A DNA stretch of 64,000 nucleotides from assembly GCF_009914755.1 (NCBI RefSeq), contig NC_060925.1, one strand, 5' to 3'. Under the pieces are notes generated by a model. That model was not told the DNA's origin. It saw only the letters and a program-made list of their open reading frames with translations, and did not search any database. Shown here piece by piece: positions 27,180 to 40,724 of this stretch. Within the stretch, counting starts at the first letter, position 1, and each line of letters starts with the position of its first letter. The DNA is from the human T2T-CHM13v2.0 reference genome, Homo sapiens. The position numbers were made by a program, and so were the translations under genes.

Positions 27180-29250
27180 AAGACAAGGATGCTCACTCTC
27201 ACTACTCCTATTCAACATAGTACTAGAAGTCCTAGCCAGAGCAATCAGGCAAAAGAAAAAAATAAAATACATCCAAAGAGAAAGAAGAAAAGTCAAACTA
27301 TCTCTGTTTGCAGACAATATAATTTTACACCTAGAAAACCCCAGTCTTTGCTAAAAAGCTCCTAGATCTGATAAATGACCTCAGCAAAGTTTCAGGATAC
27401 AAAATCAATGTACAAAAATGAGCCACATTTCTATACATCACCAACATCCAAGCTGAGAGTCAAATCAGGACCATAATCCCATTCATAAAATACCTAGGAA
27501 TTCAGCTAACCAGGGAGGTGAAAGATCCCTACAGTGAGAATTACAAAACACAGCTAAAGGAGATCAGAGATGACACAAACAAATGGAAAAACATTCCATG
27601 GTCATGGATAGAAAGAATCAATATCATGAAAATGGCCATACTGCCCAAAGCAATTTACAGATTCAATGCTATCCTTTTCAAACTACCAATGACATTTTTC
27701 ACAAAATTAGAAAAAAATTCTAAAATTCATTTGAAACAAAAAAATAAGCCTGAATAGCCAAAGCAAGCCTAAGCAAAAAGAACAGAGGCATCATACTACC
27801 TTACTTCAAACTATATTACAGGGTATAGTAACTAAAACAGTATGTCCTGGTGCAGAAAACAGACACATAGGCCAATGGAACAGTAGTAAAGCTACATTCC
27901 TACAAGTATCTAATCCTTGATAAAGCCAATAATAACGAGCAATGGGGAAAGGAATGCCTATTCAATAAGTGGTACTGGAATAATTGGCCAGCCATATGCA
28001 GAGAATATTGAAACTGGACCCTGCATTTCACCATATGCAAAATTTAACTCAAGATGGATTAAGGACTTAAGTGTGAAACCTAAAACTGTAAAAACCCTGG
28101 AAGACAACCTAGGAATTACCATTTGAGACACAGGCCTTGGTGAAGACTTCATGATGAAGACTCCAAAAGCAATTGCAACAAAAACAAAAATTGACCATAG
28201 GACCTAATCAAACTAAAGAGCTTCTGCACAGCAAAAAACAAAAAAACAAAACAACAAACAACAAAACAAAACAAACAAAAAACCACCCTATCAACAGAGT
28301 AAACAGACAACCTACAGAATGGGAGAAAATATTTGCAAACTATGCATCTGACGAAGGTCGAATATCCAGAATCTATAAGGAACTTAAGCAAATTAACAAG
28401 CAAAACCCAAACAATCTCGTTAAAAAATGGGCAAAGGACATGAACAGACACTTCTCAAAAGAAGACATACATGTGGCCAACAAGCATATGAAAAAAATTT
28501 TCAATATCACTAATCATTAGAGAAATGCAAATCAAAATGCAAATCAAAACCACAATGAGATACCACCTCACACCAGTCAAATGGCTATTACTAAAAAGTG
28601 AAAAACAAAAAACAAAAAAACAGATTCTGGTAACGTTGCAGAGAAATGGGAAATAGTTCAGCCACTGTGGAAAGCAGTTTGGAGGTTTCTCAGAGAACTT
28701 AAAATAGAACTACGATTCAACCCAACAACCCTATTACTGGGTATACAGCCAAAGGAATATAAGTCATTCTACCATAAAGACACATGCACGTGAATGTTCA
28801 TCGCAGCACTATTCAGAATAGCAAAGACATAGAATCAACCTGGATTCCCATCAACAGTGGACTGGATAAAGAGAACATGGTACATATACACCATGCAATA
28901 CTACATAGCCATAAAAATGAGATTATGTCTTTTGCAATAACATGGATGGAGTTGGAGCCATTATCCTAAGTAAATTAATGCAGGAACAGAAAACCAAATA
29001 CCACATGTTCTCACTTATAAGTGAGTGCTAAACATCGTGTACGCATGGACACAAAAAAGGGAACAATAGATACTGGGGCCTACTTGAGGGTGGACAGTGG
29101 GAAAGTGTGAGGAATGTAAACCTACAGGTTGGGTACTACGCTGATAACCTAGGTGACAAAATTATCTATAAACCAAACCCCCACAACACACAATTTGCCC
29201 ATGTAACAAACCTGCACATTTACCCCTTGAACCTAAAAGTTGGAAAGAAA
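27180..29250 (+). mobile_element. 5'-truncated L1PA15/16-like LINE (ORF2 C-terminal part plus 3' UTR), frameshifted
   Basis: ORF2 peptides [31 protein letters not shown] and [16 protein letters not shown]; TSD AAT(T/A)AATAAATGTTCA at 27164-27179 and 29251-29266. Confidence 0.95.
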
Positions 29251-29399
29251 AATAAATAAATGTTCAGACAGAAGAAGAAACAATGAAGTAGCCACAGATT
29301 TATTTGCACCTATATGTAGAATCTTTGTGAGTATGACAACCTCAAATACAGATTGATAAAGTCAGATTGTACTGGCAACCTGATTTTTCAAAGTGGTGG

Positions 29400-29926
29400 G
29401 TCTTTCAGTTATCTCTTGCTGTGTCACAAACTAGACCTCAGTGGCCTCAAACCATCATTTTATGATGCTTTTGGATCCTATGGGTCAGGAATTCAGAAGG
29501 AGCACAGTGAGAATGGTTCTTCTCTTCCCCGTGATGTCTGGGGCCTCTTTGGGGATGGGTCGAGTGCCAGGACCTGGAAGAGTTAAAGCTGAAGGAATCA
29601 CTTCCAGGATGTCTCTGCTTCACTCACTCACCTGGCTCCTTGGCTGGAGGGTTGCAGACAGGACTCACTGTAGGTGGCCCTCCAGCCTGGTGATCTCAGG
29701 GTGCCTAAATTTCTTACAAGACAGGCAGAGTTCTAAGGACAAGTATCCCAGCAGAAGCTGCAAGATCTTTCATGACTTAGCCTCCAAAGTCACCAGTATC
29801 ACTCTGACATACCCTCAGTCAAAGCAGTCACATGGGGCAGGAGGCAGAGAGGATGTGAGTATACAGAGCCCACCTCTTGATGAGAGGAGTGTCAGAGAAT
29901 TTGTAGTCATGTTTGAAACCACCACA
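29400..29926 (-). mobile_element. MLT1 (F/G/H-like) MaLR LTR
   Basis: TCAGTTATCTCTTGCTGTGTCACAAAC...GGGTCAGGAATTCAG...GCCCACCTCTTGATGAGAGGAG...AACCACCACA. Confidence 0.7.
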
Positions 29927-30337
29927 GTGACTGGCTCTCAGCAAATTTCCAACAAAACAGCGGTCTTTCTATGAATTACACAGTAGCTACCTTCCTGGAA
30001 AATTCAGTACGTATTAAAACCTTGTAAACAGTATGTTATGTATGTATGTAGTATGGAAGCTTAGACTATATACACACCGTTCAGCAGCATCTTTGAAAGT
30101 TGTGTGAGACTCAGGGTGCTGCTTTGTTGTATACTTACACTCCAGAACACTGCAGGATGCTTAGCAACTTTGGTCCATGCCCACTAAATGCCAGTGCTGC
30201 CCATCCTGGTTATTTATCTCTCATCTGTAGACTGACTTCTTCTGATTACTTGGTGCATTGCTTATAGATCAAAATGGCACCCTTAGTCCTCACTCTACAC
30301 ACTTTTCAGCTCACCTCTTCCACTCAGCTGAGTTCTG

Positions 30338-30420
30338 ACAATGATAGTGATGATGATGATGTTGTTGATATTGGTAATGATGACTATAATGATGATGGCA
30401 ATGACAGCAGCAGTGACCAT
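30338..30420. repeat. Degenerate (GAT)n low-complexity tract, followed by a MIR (about 30430-30620)
   Basis: GATAGTGATGATGATGATGTTGTTGAT...; MIR core CAGATGAGGAAGCTGAGGCTTAGAAAG downstream. Confidence 0.8.
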
Positions 30421-32159
30421 TACCACTTTGCCAGGGGCTCTATTATGTTATGCACCATCTTACTTCAGGCTGACAACAACCTTACAGCAAATATTATTGT
30501 CCTTGCTTTTCAGATGAGGAAGCTGAGGCTTAGAAAGCTTAAATAATCTATATAGGATGATAAAATTAGAAACTGGGGAACCAAGAAGTTTGATTTTTCT
30601 CCTAGACCTCTGGATAGCTTTGAATGACAATGTGACCTCACCTAATTGTCTTTGGCTGAGGGGATAGAAGCAGTGTTCTGTAGATCACTGGGAGCCATTT
30701 GCTCAGAGAAGGGCCATGGGCAGGTGGGCACAATGATTAGCATCTCTGGCACAATGGAGAGGAGGAAATTGACATTCAAAATAGATGTGAAAATGGTAAA
30801 AGGGCATGAACCTACTCTTCCAGACTTCCCAGACTCTGGGAGAAGATGGCTGAATCTTCTGAATCTCATCTTCTTTGGGAAGGGTGGAGAATAAAGGCAA
30901 AGACAGTTCTAATGTTGAACAAAAGGAAGAAGGTGGAGCCTAGAAACATGAGCTGAATGTAAAATTCTAGATCATGTATTAAAAAGGACATCAGTCCGGG
31001 CCTACTCATTGTTGGCCAGCCAAGGAGGTATCTGCATTGTCATCTCCATGCCATTAGGTGGCCCAGGTATCCCAGCCTTGACCTCCCTCTTGGCTTGTCT
31101 TCTCTGGTCTGCATTCCCAGAACCATACTCAGTATGTTATCCACATGGCTCACACAGCCACACAGTGGCATGCTAACAGGAGAGCTTTGAAGATCTGTGA
31201 TTCAACTGAAGCAAGTCCAAAGCCTTGGAAGTGTTTTATGCTTCTGTGTATCTACTAATGAGGTGCCTTCATTTAGCAAGAAAATAGATATTATAGGCTC
31301 TATTTTTATGATCTTTAAAAATGGGGAAAATAAAATTGCACCACGAACGGCAAAAAAGACAAGGAAGAAAAATAGCTTGTGGTTCTTTAATTCAATTGCA
31401 GCCAACTGGGTTTCTCTCTCCTTAGCTCTCTTAAAAAACAAAACAAATTTGTAATATAAATGCTGTTTTGGCACATAATATATTCGGCTTTAACATTGCC
31501 TATCTGTATTACAAAAGTGTGTTTATAAAAGCCTTCGAGTGCTTCGTGAAAATATAACATTTTTAGAATAAAAAGTGTTATTGAGGTGTTATTCTCTAAA
31601 TTTTAAAAAAGTCTGAATATGAATATTTTATGTCTGTGTAACATATTTTATATAAAGGTATGATCATATTGGTGAGGAGAAATGCAAAAGATGAACAGAT
31701 GTAAAGAAAATTCATATTCCTGTTTCCTTTCGGACCATTAATTCTATGGCAAACAACGTCTCTAATGTTTTATCTTTTCCTTGAATAGTATTTTCACAGC
31801 AAATACGAAAATCTTATTCATATAAGGGCCCTCTAAGGGTGTCCTTCACCTAACATCAGTCATCATTTGGACCCTTTCAGGGCCCAAGCCCTGGAGAGGA
31901 ATCCGCACTTGAGGGACACCAGCCTTCATTTCTTAGATTTCTTGCCATGAGAAACCTGCTGTCATTATTCAAGAAATATCTACAGGAAGATGTTCTGAAA
32001 AATTGAGTCTCTCTCGCAGGAGCGTTAGATTCTCCTGGATGCAGAAGGAGCCCTGTGGCTCATTTGGTCCAGCAACCTGCCTCCAGCAGAGCCATATGCA
32101 AACCACCCTCTGCAGCGAATATGTTCCCTACATTATTTCAGGCTCTATTCTTCCTCCAG

Positions 32160-32362
32160 ACCCACGTTCTCCGAGAGAACCTTCCACAGTGATGGAAATA
32201 GTCTACAGCTGTGCTGTCCCATATAGCAGCCACTAACGTCATGTGGGTATTGAACACTAGAAATGTGGCTTGCGTGACCAAGGAGCTGACTTTTTAATTT
32301 TAATTAATTTAAATATAAACAGCCTCATGTGACTAGTGGCTACCTTATTGCCTGAGCAGTTC
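32160..32362 (+). mobile_element. MER3 hAT-Charlie MITE
   Basis: AGAACCTTCCACAGTGATGGAAATAGTCTAC...AGCCACTAACGTCATGTGG...CATGTGACTAGTGGCTACC. Confidence 0.8.
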
Positions 32363-32499
32363 TAGAGCCTCCAGGGATTTTGTGCAAAACAAAACACAAC
32401 AAGACAAAGGTGAACATAATCAGAGTTTGGTCTGAGTTACATAAAATTTCCAAGGTGACTTGGGAAGTTGTTTCTTACAAAAAACTAATAACACTTGAA

Positions 32500-33270
32500 A
32501 TAAACCCTTGCCATGTATTGGGCACTGTCTAACAGCCAGGCAAAGTGTACAATAAGTGCTTGAACAGTATTATTTTACTATTTTGCTGAACTCATAAGAT
32601 CCTTATGAGGTAAGCATTATCTCCCCCACTCCTTTTTTATTTGGAGATGAAAAAATCTGTGATTTAGAAACATTAAGGGTCACAGCTTGTTCTTGGCAGA
32701 GGGAGGCTTTGAACTCGGGTCGGAGTCCAATCCCTGTGTGTAGTGCTTTATATTTTTCCTCTATAGCTTGTTGGAATTTACACTACCTTCTAACTAGAGA
32801 TTTGGTTAATAATGGGATAGAACAAGTTTCTTAGTGCAAAGTTCTATTTCCACATGTGACTCCCCTGTAAGATTATAACCTGCCATGGAAGGTGACTCTA
32901 TGACACTGAACTTGTGTCTGAATTGTCTATTCTCCCCCTTGGTGGCCATATTTTTTCAGTAAGAAGGTTATAAACAATGATTTATGACCTCTTGAGGTGC
33001 TAGAAAACATTGCATTTGCATTTATATGTAGTCACGAGACAGTTCAGTTTAGTGTTAAGATCATAAATGATGGTCTCAAAGAAGCCTAAGGTCTCCCGTG
33101 GGCACCATGCATCTTCAGACAGGTTACTTCATCCTGGAAACCTCTGCTTTGTCATCCTTAAAATGGGGTAATAATAGGTCCCCCTTCATGAGTTCCTTGC
33201 TGTGAATCAATGAATGAGTGTATTTGAAGTATTAGCATGGTGCCTACTATACAGTAAGTGCTCAATAAAA
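32500..33270. mobile_element. MIR SINEs (plus 32500-32750, minus 33030-33270)
   Basis: MIR cores in opposite orientations (GGCAGAGGGAGGCTTTGAACTC; CTTAAAATGGGGTAATAATAG...GTAAGTGCTCAATAAA). Confidence 0.7.
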
Positions 33271-33926
33271 ACTAGAGGCTATTGGTTCTATTATCACTCT
33301 ATAGCCACTTCAGCTCATACCCATAAGGTTTATTATTAGTTTCTTATTTGGTTCTTAATAGTAGGGAAAAGAGATGTTGATCCTAGGAAATACATGGATC
33401 AAAGCCAATGAGATGACTGTCATCAAATGACTTTCTCTCTCTCCTGAGATATAAATGCAATCAAATGAGCCCCTGAATTGCTGGTTTGTACATAACAGAA
33501 AACAAACAAACAAACAAGAATGTGCTATCTTCCCCTCCCCTTGTAATTGATAAAGTGTAGCCAGAAGGGGGAGGCTCTATCTCATTTTTTTTTTAGCATG
33601 GCCCAGGTTCTTAGCTATTCAATACTCACTTTGGGATTACAACGGCCCATGCCGCCAGCATAGGTAATATATAAAGGGATGTCAAATGGTGTGTTAGAAA
33701 GAGCCAATGACAGAATCAAAAATCCTGTATCTGAGTCCTAGCTTTGTGGTGACTTACTCTGTGGCCTCATACAAATCACTGAAGCCCTCAGCCGATGCAT
33801 CTGTGAGATGAAGAATTTAAACTTGAGGAATTCCTCAACACTACCTAGCAATAACTGGTTATCAGTATCCAGTGTACCAATTAGGACTCAGAAACTCACT
33901 TTATCAGTTGCCATTTATTACACCTG

Positions 33927-34342
33927 AATGAGTTAGGGTAATGCTAGCTACTATAATAGATAATTCTCCAAATCTCACCTGCTTAGTACAGCAAACATTT
34001 ATTTCTCATTCATAGAAAGTCTAAACAGGTGCTCCTGATCAGCAAATAACTTTCCTCCATGCAGTGACTCAGGGATCCAGGCTCCTTTCCCCTGGAGATA
34101 CTACAGTCTTCAGTACTGGTCCCAAGGTTGTCAGCTTAAGGGAAGGGTCTGGGGGATGGCTTGGGAGGGGTTTATATGGGCCAGATCTGGGAGTGGCACA
34201 CATCACTTCCATTCTCATTCCATGGGTGGAACTCAGGCTCACAAACACACCCAACTGCAAAGGGGCTGGGAAATGTAGTCTGGCTGGGTGTTCAGAAGGA
34301 AGAGGAAATGGGTGTAGTGAACATCTAGTCCCTTTGCCCCAC
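33927..34342 (-). mobile_element. MLT1K-like MaLR LTR
   Basis: GTGACTCAGGGATCCAGGCTCC and AACTGCAAAGGGGCTGGGAAATGTAGTCT. Confidence 0.75.
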
Positions 34343-35322
34343 CTCTCAGCAGTATTAGATGATTGCTGCTATCACACCAGGTGACTCTTATTATAGTCAA
34401 AAGCAAAGAAACAAAGTTTTAGGTAGTTTTGTGGCTGTGTGTGTGTGCGCATGTATGTGCCTATTGCAGAGGTGGGGGCAGCGCAGGCAGTGGGGGATAT
34501 AACACTTCTGTTAAAATTTTTGAAATATTGAAAAAAGTTAGTAAATTATCCTCTCATTCCTTAGGTTTTAGACTCTTGCCAAAGCATGTAGAAGTTCCAG
34601 CCCCTATTGCCTAGTACCTGGTACCTAGGACAGGAAGACCCTACTCCATTTTCTAATTGATTCTTGGGGATCTGGAGAGGAAGTCTTGAGCTCTCCCTAG
34701 GGGCCGACAAGGTCCCCTTTGTCTATATTCTCACTTTGCCTTCTCTTAAGATTGCTTCTTCATAGCTCCTTATCCCAGCTGATACAGGGCTGAGATACAA
34801 TGGTTTCTTCTCCACTGCATAAAACTAAAGCATTTCTCTCTGGCTTAGTAGAATGTTGCGTGATGTTCCAGTACTCTTGTGTATGTCTGCTAGATTGTCT
34901 TCATTGTCACTTTTCCCCTCTTATAATTAGTTTTATTAATCTTCCTTCACAGTACATCTAATTTTCATAAAACAACGGGCATTTTAAAATAAAGAAAAAA
35001 TGAATATACAAACTTCTCAAGATATCTCAAGATGTCAATTGCAAAGAAAAACATCAGCTAACCAGATATCACATGAAAATGTGGCCACATTTTTTAGGGT
35101 AAAGAACTTTTAGAAAGGTAATTTAAAAGGATAAAAGAATGAAACTCCTATCATATTTAAAATGTTTTATTTTTCCATAATTTTAACAACATTGTAAGCA
35201 TCATCAAATAGTGAAATGAGATCCAGGTTTGGGGTCACTCTTGAGTTCTGCAAGGCTATGCCTCTGCCTCTCAGTATCCTTATGTGTAAAATAGCAGTAG
35301 AGGCACTTAGTTGCTAAATTCT

Positions 35323-35620
35323 TTTATTTTTTTTTTTGAGACAAGGTCCCACTCTGTCACTCAGGCTGGAGTGCAGTGGCACGATCACACCTCACTGCAG
35401 CCTCGGTTTCCTGCGTTCAACTGATCCTTCTGCCTCAGCCTCCCAAGTAGCTGGGGCTACAGGCATGTGCCACCACACCCAGCTAATTTTTTCATTTTTA
35501 TTTTTGTAGAGACAGTCTCACTATGTTCCCCAGGCTGTTCTTAAACTCCCAGGTTCAAGCAATCCTATTGCTGTGGCCTCCCAAAGCGCTGGGATTGCAG
35601 GTGTGAGCCACTGCACTCAG
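35323..35620 (-). mobile_element. AluJ SINE inserted in a MIR
   Basis: AluJ-type CTCACTGCAGCCTC and CACTATGTT; perfect 17-bp TSD CTTAGTTGCTAAATTCT (35306-35322, 35621-35637). Confidence 0.93.
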
Positions 35621-36017
35621 CTTAGTTGCTAAATTCTATATTGATTGCTTGGAAGATTGAATAAGGTAAATTATAAAGCATATAGCAAAAATGGCAAGCA
35701 CCTGGTAAGTGCCTAATACAGGTTAGCTCCCTCAGGTAAGAATTATCCCCCGGAATATGAAAGCCAAAATCAGCTGACTCTCTGCTTTCAAAGGTTCTGC
35801 AATCTCCATAGAGCACCCAGGAAGCAGGAACCTCAGTCCTGTCAAACAGCTTTCTTAATAATGCAAATGCAGGGACACTGATGCAATGTACATACTTTTT
35901 AAAGTACTGGTCAGAAAACCTCCACAGTGTGTCTTTTGTATGCAGAGCCCTTCCCTACTGCCTCTGCCAAAAGAGGACATAAATTAAAGACATAGTACCT
36001 GACCTTAAGGATCTTGA

Positions 36018-36756
36018 AAATCAAAACCACAATGAGATACCATCTCACGCCAGTTAGAATGGTGATTATTAAAAAGTCAGGAAACAACAGATGCTGGAGG
36101 GGATGTAGAGAAATAGGAACGCTTTTACACTGTTAGTAGGAGTGTAAATTAGTTCAACCATTGTGCAAGACAGTGTGGTGATTCCTCAAGGATCTAGAAC
36201 CAGAAATACCATTTGACCCAGCAATCCCATTATTGGGTATATACAGAGAGGATTATGAATCATTCTACTATAAAGACACATGCACACGTATGTTTATTGC
36301 AGCACTGTTCACAATAGCAAAGACCTGGAACCAACCCAAATGCCCATCAATGATAGACTGGATAAAGAAAATGTGGAACATATATACCATGGAATACTAT
36401 ACTATGCAGCCATAAAAAAGGATGAGTTCATGTTCTTTGCAGGGACATGGATGAAACTGGAAACCATCATTCTCAGCAAACTAACACAAGAACAGAAAAC
36501 CAAACACTGCATGTTCTCACTCATAAGTGGGAGTTGAACAATGAGAACACATGGACACAGGGAGGGGAACATCACACACCGGGGCCTGTTAGGGGATGGG
36601 GGGCTAGGGGTGGGATAGCATTAGGAGAAATACCTAATGTAGATGACAGGTTGATGGGTGCAGCAAACCACCATGGCATGTGTATACCTATGTAACAAAC
36701 CTGCACGTTCTGCACATGTACCCCAGAACTTAAAGTATAATAATAATAATAATAAA
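36018..36756 (+). mobile_element. L1PA7/8-like 3' end
   Basis: ORF2 C-terminus YKDTCTRMFIAALFTIAKTWNQPKCPSMIDWIKKMW, 3' UTR and (TAA)n tail; no TSD found. Confidence 0.93.
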
Positions 36757-37104
36757 AGCACACATAGGTGAAGAGTGAGAACATTCCAAACTAATTTTCC
36801 AATTGAACATGAAGATCTGTGCAAGGTGTGGGGGTGGTGGAGGTGATGGTTGAAGTGGGTGGAGCATGGGTAGCAGAGTCAATGACAAGTTGGGATAAAC
36901 CTTCCTGGACTAAATTTGTGCCAAATCTGGAAGGTGATGAATCTGAGTTAGCTAAAGCAAAGGAGAGCTTTTTGAAAAATTGCCTATGCAACCTTTTGGC
37001 AAAGCAGGTTGGCATATGTAGTAAGAACCTTTCAGATATGTATACTCAGGTTCTAGAATTCCACTGCTGCAATTCTATCTGGTTGAAGGAATCTTCAAAA
37101 TGGA

Positions 37105-37830
37105 AAAAGCTTCACTGCTGGTGGAATTACAAAATGATGCAGCCACTTTGGAAAATAGTTTGGTAGCTCCTGAAAATGTTAAATAGCTAGTTACTGTATG
37201 ACCCAGCAATTCCACCCACACATACATATCCCCAAAGAATTGCGGTGTATATCCGTGTGAAAACTTATGCACAGCTGCTCACAGCAGCATTATTCATAAT
37301 AGCCAAAAAGTGGAAACAAAAATGACATCAGCTGATGAATGGACATACAAAATGTAGTATAACCACACAATGAAATATTATTCATCCATAAACAAAATGT
37401 GGTATAACCACACAATGAAATATTATTCATCCATAAACAAAATGTGATATAACCACACAATGAAATATTATTCATCCATAAAAAAGGATGAACTACTATA
37501 ACATGGATGAAGCTTGACAACATTACACAAAGTAAAAGAAGCAAGTCATATAAAGCCACGTATTATATGATTTCATTTATGCGAATGGTCTAGGATAGAT
37601 AAATTCATAGTCAGAAAGCAGATTAGTGGTTGTCAGCGGAGGGGGGATGTAGGGAGTGACCACTATTAGGTAAGGGGTTTCTTTTGGGGATAGCAAAAAA
37701 GAAGCTTCTAAAATGGGATAGTGCTGATGGCCGCACAACTCTGAATACACTAAAAACGTCTGATTTGTCACTTTAAAAGGGTGAATTTTGTGGTACGTGA
37801 ATTATATCTCAATAAAGCAGTTGTAAAAAA
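37105..37830 (+). mobile_element. L1MB-like 3' end
   Basis: GCAGCCACTTTGGAAAATAGTTTGG...GAAAGCAGATTAGTGGTTG...GTGAATTATATCTCAATAAAGC. Confidence 0.85.
37348..37482. repeat. 45-bp tandem repeat, 3 copies
   Basis: CAAAATGT(AG/GG/GA)TATAACCACACAATGAAATATTATTCATCCATAAA starting at 37348, 37393 and 37438. Confidence 0.97.
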
Positions 37831-38821
37831 TAGAAAAATGTTTTATGCATAAAGATGACATAGTGACATTCTTTCTAAGACTGAAGAATTGGAAACAATC
37901 TAGATGTCAGTCACAGTAAAGTCTGAAAATACTATGGCCACTGGATGGACTCTTAGGCATCCATTTAAATAATTGTTGATGCGAATGACAAGAGTCCCTT
38001 CTGGCTTTATTGCTGGAAACAGCACCCTTCTTAGCAATCCAGTCTCTTTTTGAGCAACTCTCCACGGTCTTGTACAGGCACAGGAGCAGCTTTTTGGGTT
38101 GTGTTTGTTTTGTCTCATGCAGGTTTCTCACCCCTACCCCACGTTGCCCTGACTGCTTTTCAATGAGCAAAGCTCTGTCATCATTACTCCTCCATTCTTA
38201 GGAGAGAAGACGCCTTATCTAATATCATCCTAAAAAACAACACAGCTCCTTCCCCTTAATTTCCAGAATACAAGAAAGATAAAAATCCTACTTTTAATGA
38301 TATTCTTCAGATGTAGGGACAATGGGAAGAAAGTCCTATACAGATGATAATTTTCCTCTCCCACCCTGGGCCAGTCCACCCTAAGTGGCTTTAGGCTCCA
38401 GCTCCTGCCTGACTTCCCTTTTGCCTTCATCTGGTTTTATCTGGCAGAGGGAGGTGTGAAGGTTCTTTCAGGGTTGGGATTAAAGGCTCAGCTGACTCAC
38501 AGATCCTGAGATGGAAGGGAGGGTTTCGCCCCTCTTCCTAGTCCAACATCTGCTGCCCAGGTCTTCCTCTTGTGCAGTAGGATTGACTTCTTCTGAAGAT
38601 AACTCAGGGTAGGAAAATCCATTCTCTTCCTTTCATGGGACCACAGAGGCCTGGCCGGGGCTTCCCTCAGGCTGCTCCTCAAATGCAGGCTACTTCATGC
38701 ACTGACCAGGAACAGACCAGAGCAAAGCTCTGTTCTGCTTCATCCAGCCCCTTTCAGGTACTTTCCCTCAAGGATGACTTGAAGCTAATTTCATCCATGA
38801 TCATATTGCATAAAACGTATC

Positions 38822-39119
38822 GGCCAGGCACAGTGGCGCATGCCTGTAATCCCAGCACTCTGGGAGGCAAGGGTGGGTAGATTGCTTGAGCCCAGGAGTT
38901 TGAGACCAGCCTGGGCAACATGGAAAAACCTGGTCTCTATTAAAAAACAACAACAACAAAAGAGCCGGGTGTGGTGGTATGCACCTGTAGTCCCAGCTAC
39001 ATAGGTGGCTGAGGTGGCCAGATTGATTGAGCCCAGAAAGTCAAGGCTTCCATGAGCCACGATCACACCACTGCACTCCAGCCTGGGTGACGGAGCAAGA
39101 CCCTGTCCCCCAAAATAAA
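38822..39119 (+). mobile_element. AluJ SINE
   Basis: GATTGCTTGAGCCCAGGAGTTTGAGACCAGCCTGGGCAACAT (J-type positions). Confidence 0.92.
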
Positions 39120-40219
39120 GTATTAATAAAGAGAAGTGTTATTGAAATAACATTAAAGAAACAAAATCAACAATCACATATAAACAATGAAAATAAACTA
39201 ACCTACAGGGGCATATGCCTGCATTCTATATACCAAAAGATGATCAGAAAATGCCTTTTTCTGTTTTGCAACATTGTCCTCACTAGTTAGGTACTAAGTG
39301 TGACCCTTTTAAGGTTCATCTTTAAGGGAGGAGGAGTGGCGAGTGTGAACACCTTTCAGCATCTCACTCTCTGATCTTCAGGGGTTGCTCTTATTCTTAA
39401 CGTGAAAACTGTACTCAGTAGATAAGAAACAGACAAGGAGAATATTCCCGAATCTCAGGAGTGCTCTGGACTGAAGGGCCAGCGTATTTCCCCATTAACA
39501 TGATTGTTAATAGCTGAGGAGTGAGCAAGGCCCAGCTGGCCCCTGAGTACCAATTGCTTAGGAAACAAATTGCAAAGAGATCAGACCTTGGCTTTCAATC
39601 ATTGCCTCGTCACATGAAATCATTTCATGCATTCACTGGTCTCTGGACTGTTTCATTTCCAAACTCATTTGGAGAGTTTTAGTGTGCAGATACTCTTCTC
39701 TGAGTATCTTTCACTTAGGCACACCCTCTCCCTGGCAATGAGAGAGAATACTCTGTTATAATGCAGCATAAATCACCTGTGAACGTGCTAGAGAAAATCA
39801 TTACAGAATAGGTTGGTGTAATCAATATAATGAAATAATTCAAGCAGATTATTGACGCAGCAAACATTTATTAAGGACCTACTGAGTGCAAGGCCATAGG
39901 GATATAAAGATGAATGTTACATCCTGGGATTCCCAGTAGCTCATAGTGGGTTGAACCAGAGCCCTGGCAGGTCACGGACTGTATCATGACAGTAAGAACA
40001 GAAACGACAAGGTCCAAGAAGCCCACATGGGAATTCAGCTGTGCCACATGCAGGCTGTGTGTCTCTGGCTATGGGAATCCATTCTACCCTAGAGAGTTCT
40101 TCTTCCAATTTATAAAATCAGGTACTAAGCTCATTAACTTTCGGCCTTTCTTCTTTTCTAATATGCAAAGTTAAGGCTATACATTTCTCTCTAGTAGCCT
40201 CCAATTTTTTTCAATGACA

Positions 40220-40337
40220 TTTTTTAACAGCTTTATTGAGATAAAATTCACATACCATACAATTCAGCCATTTGAAGTGTACAATTCATGGTGTTGAGTA
40301 TATTCACAGAGTTATGCAGCCATCACCACAGTCAATG
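40220..40337 (-). mobile_element. L1MB 3' tip inside a MIR
   Basis: AACAGCTTTATTGAGATAAAATTCACATACCATACAATTCAGCCATTTGAAGTGTACAATTC. Confidence 0.8.
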
Positions 40338-40724
40338 TAGTACCTGCCTTGTAAGGCCATTTTTGAGGATTAAATGAGATAATCTAGGTAAGCAGTAGAC
40401 CCAATGCCAGACACTTAGTGGGTGTTTCTCTGCTGGTTTTTGTTCATGCTGCTGTGGTTGGTGCTGGGGCTGGCATCATGGAAGGCTGGAAGGAGTAGGT
40501 GATGGGACCAAATGAGAAGGAAAAGAAACATGTGAGACCCACTGTCTGGGTGTCCTCTCCAGATGGGAGTGACAGACTGTCATTATTAGCTGCTAGTGGA
40601 TTCTTTTCCGGCCCTCATATCGAGCCAAGTGAATTCAGTTAACAGGAGTCATTTGGGACTGGGTTGGGTGGGTTAAATTCAGAACTGATTATCATCAGGC
40701 CTGGTGGTCACATACCAACATGTT

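Larger units (their letters stand above)
26960..30205. mobile_element. MER20B/Charlie-like hAT element split by L1PA and MLT1 insertions
   Basis: Segments 26960-27179, 29267-29400 and 29927-30205 read as continuous; last segment ends TGCAGGATGCTTAGCA...CCCACTAAATGCCAGT (MER20-family-like). Confidence 0.5.

Noticed and set aside
29441-29974. 177-aa ORF
   Set aside because: Lies almost entirely inside an MLT1 LTR, has no recognisable domain and is best explained as a chance open frame.
30274-30546. Asp-rich 90-aa ORF
   Set aside because: Produced by a (GAT)n tract running into a MIR.
32931-32950. CTCF-like TGGCCACCAAGGGGGAGA (minus strand)
   Set aside because: An extra base breaks the core spacing and key positions mismatch.
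36018-36050. L1PA7/8 begins near the L1 coordinate where the L1HS inverted piece ends
   Set aside because: Different subfamilies 23 kb apart; treated as coincidence.
37348-37482. CRISPR-like regular repeats
   Set aside because: Head-to-tail copies without unique spacers, in human L1 sequence; a simple tandem repeat.
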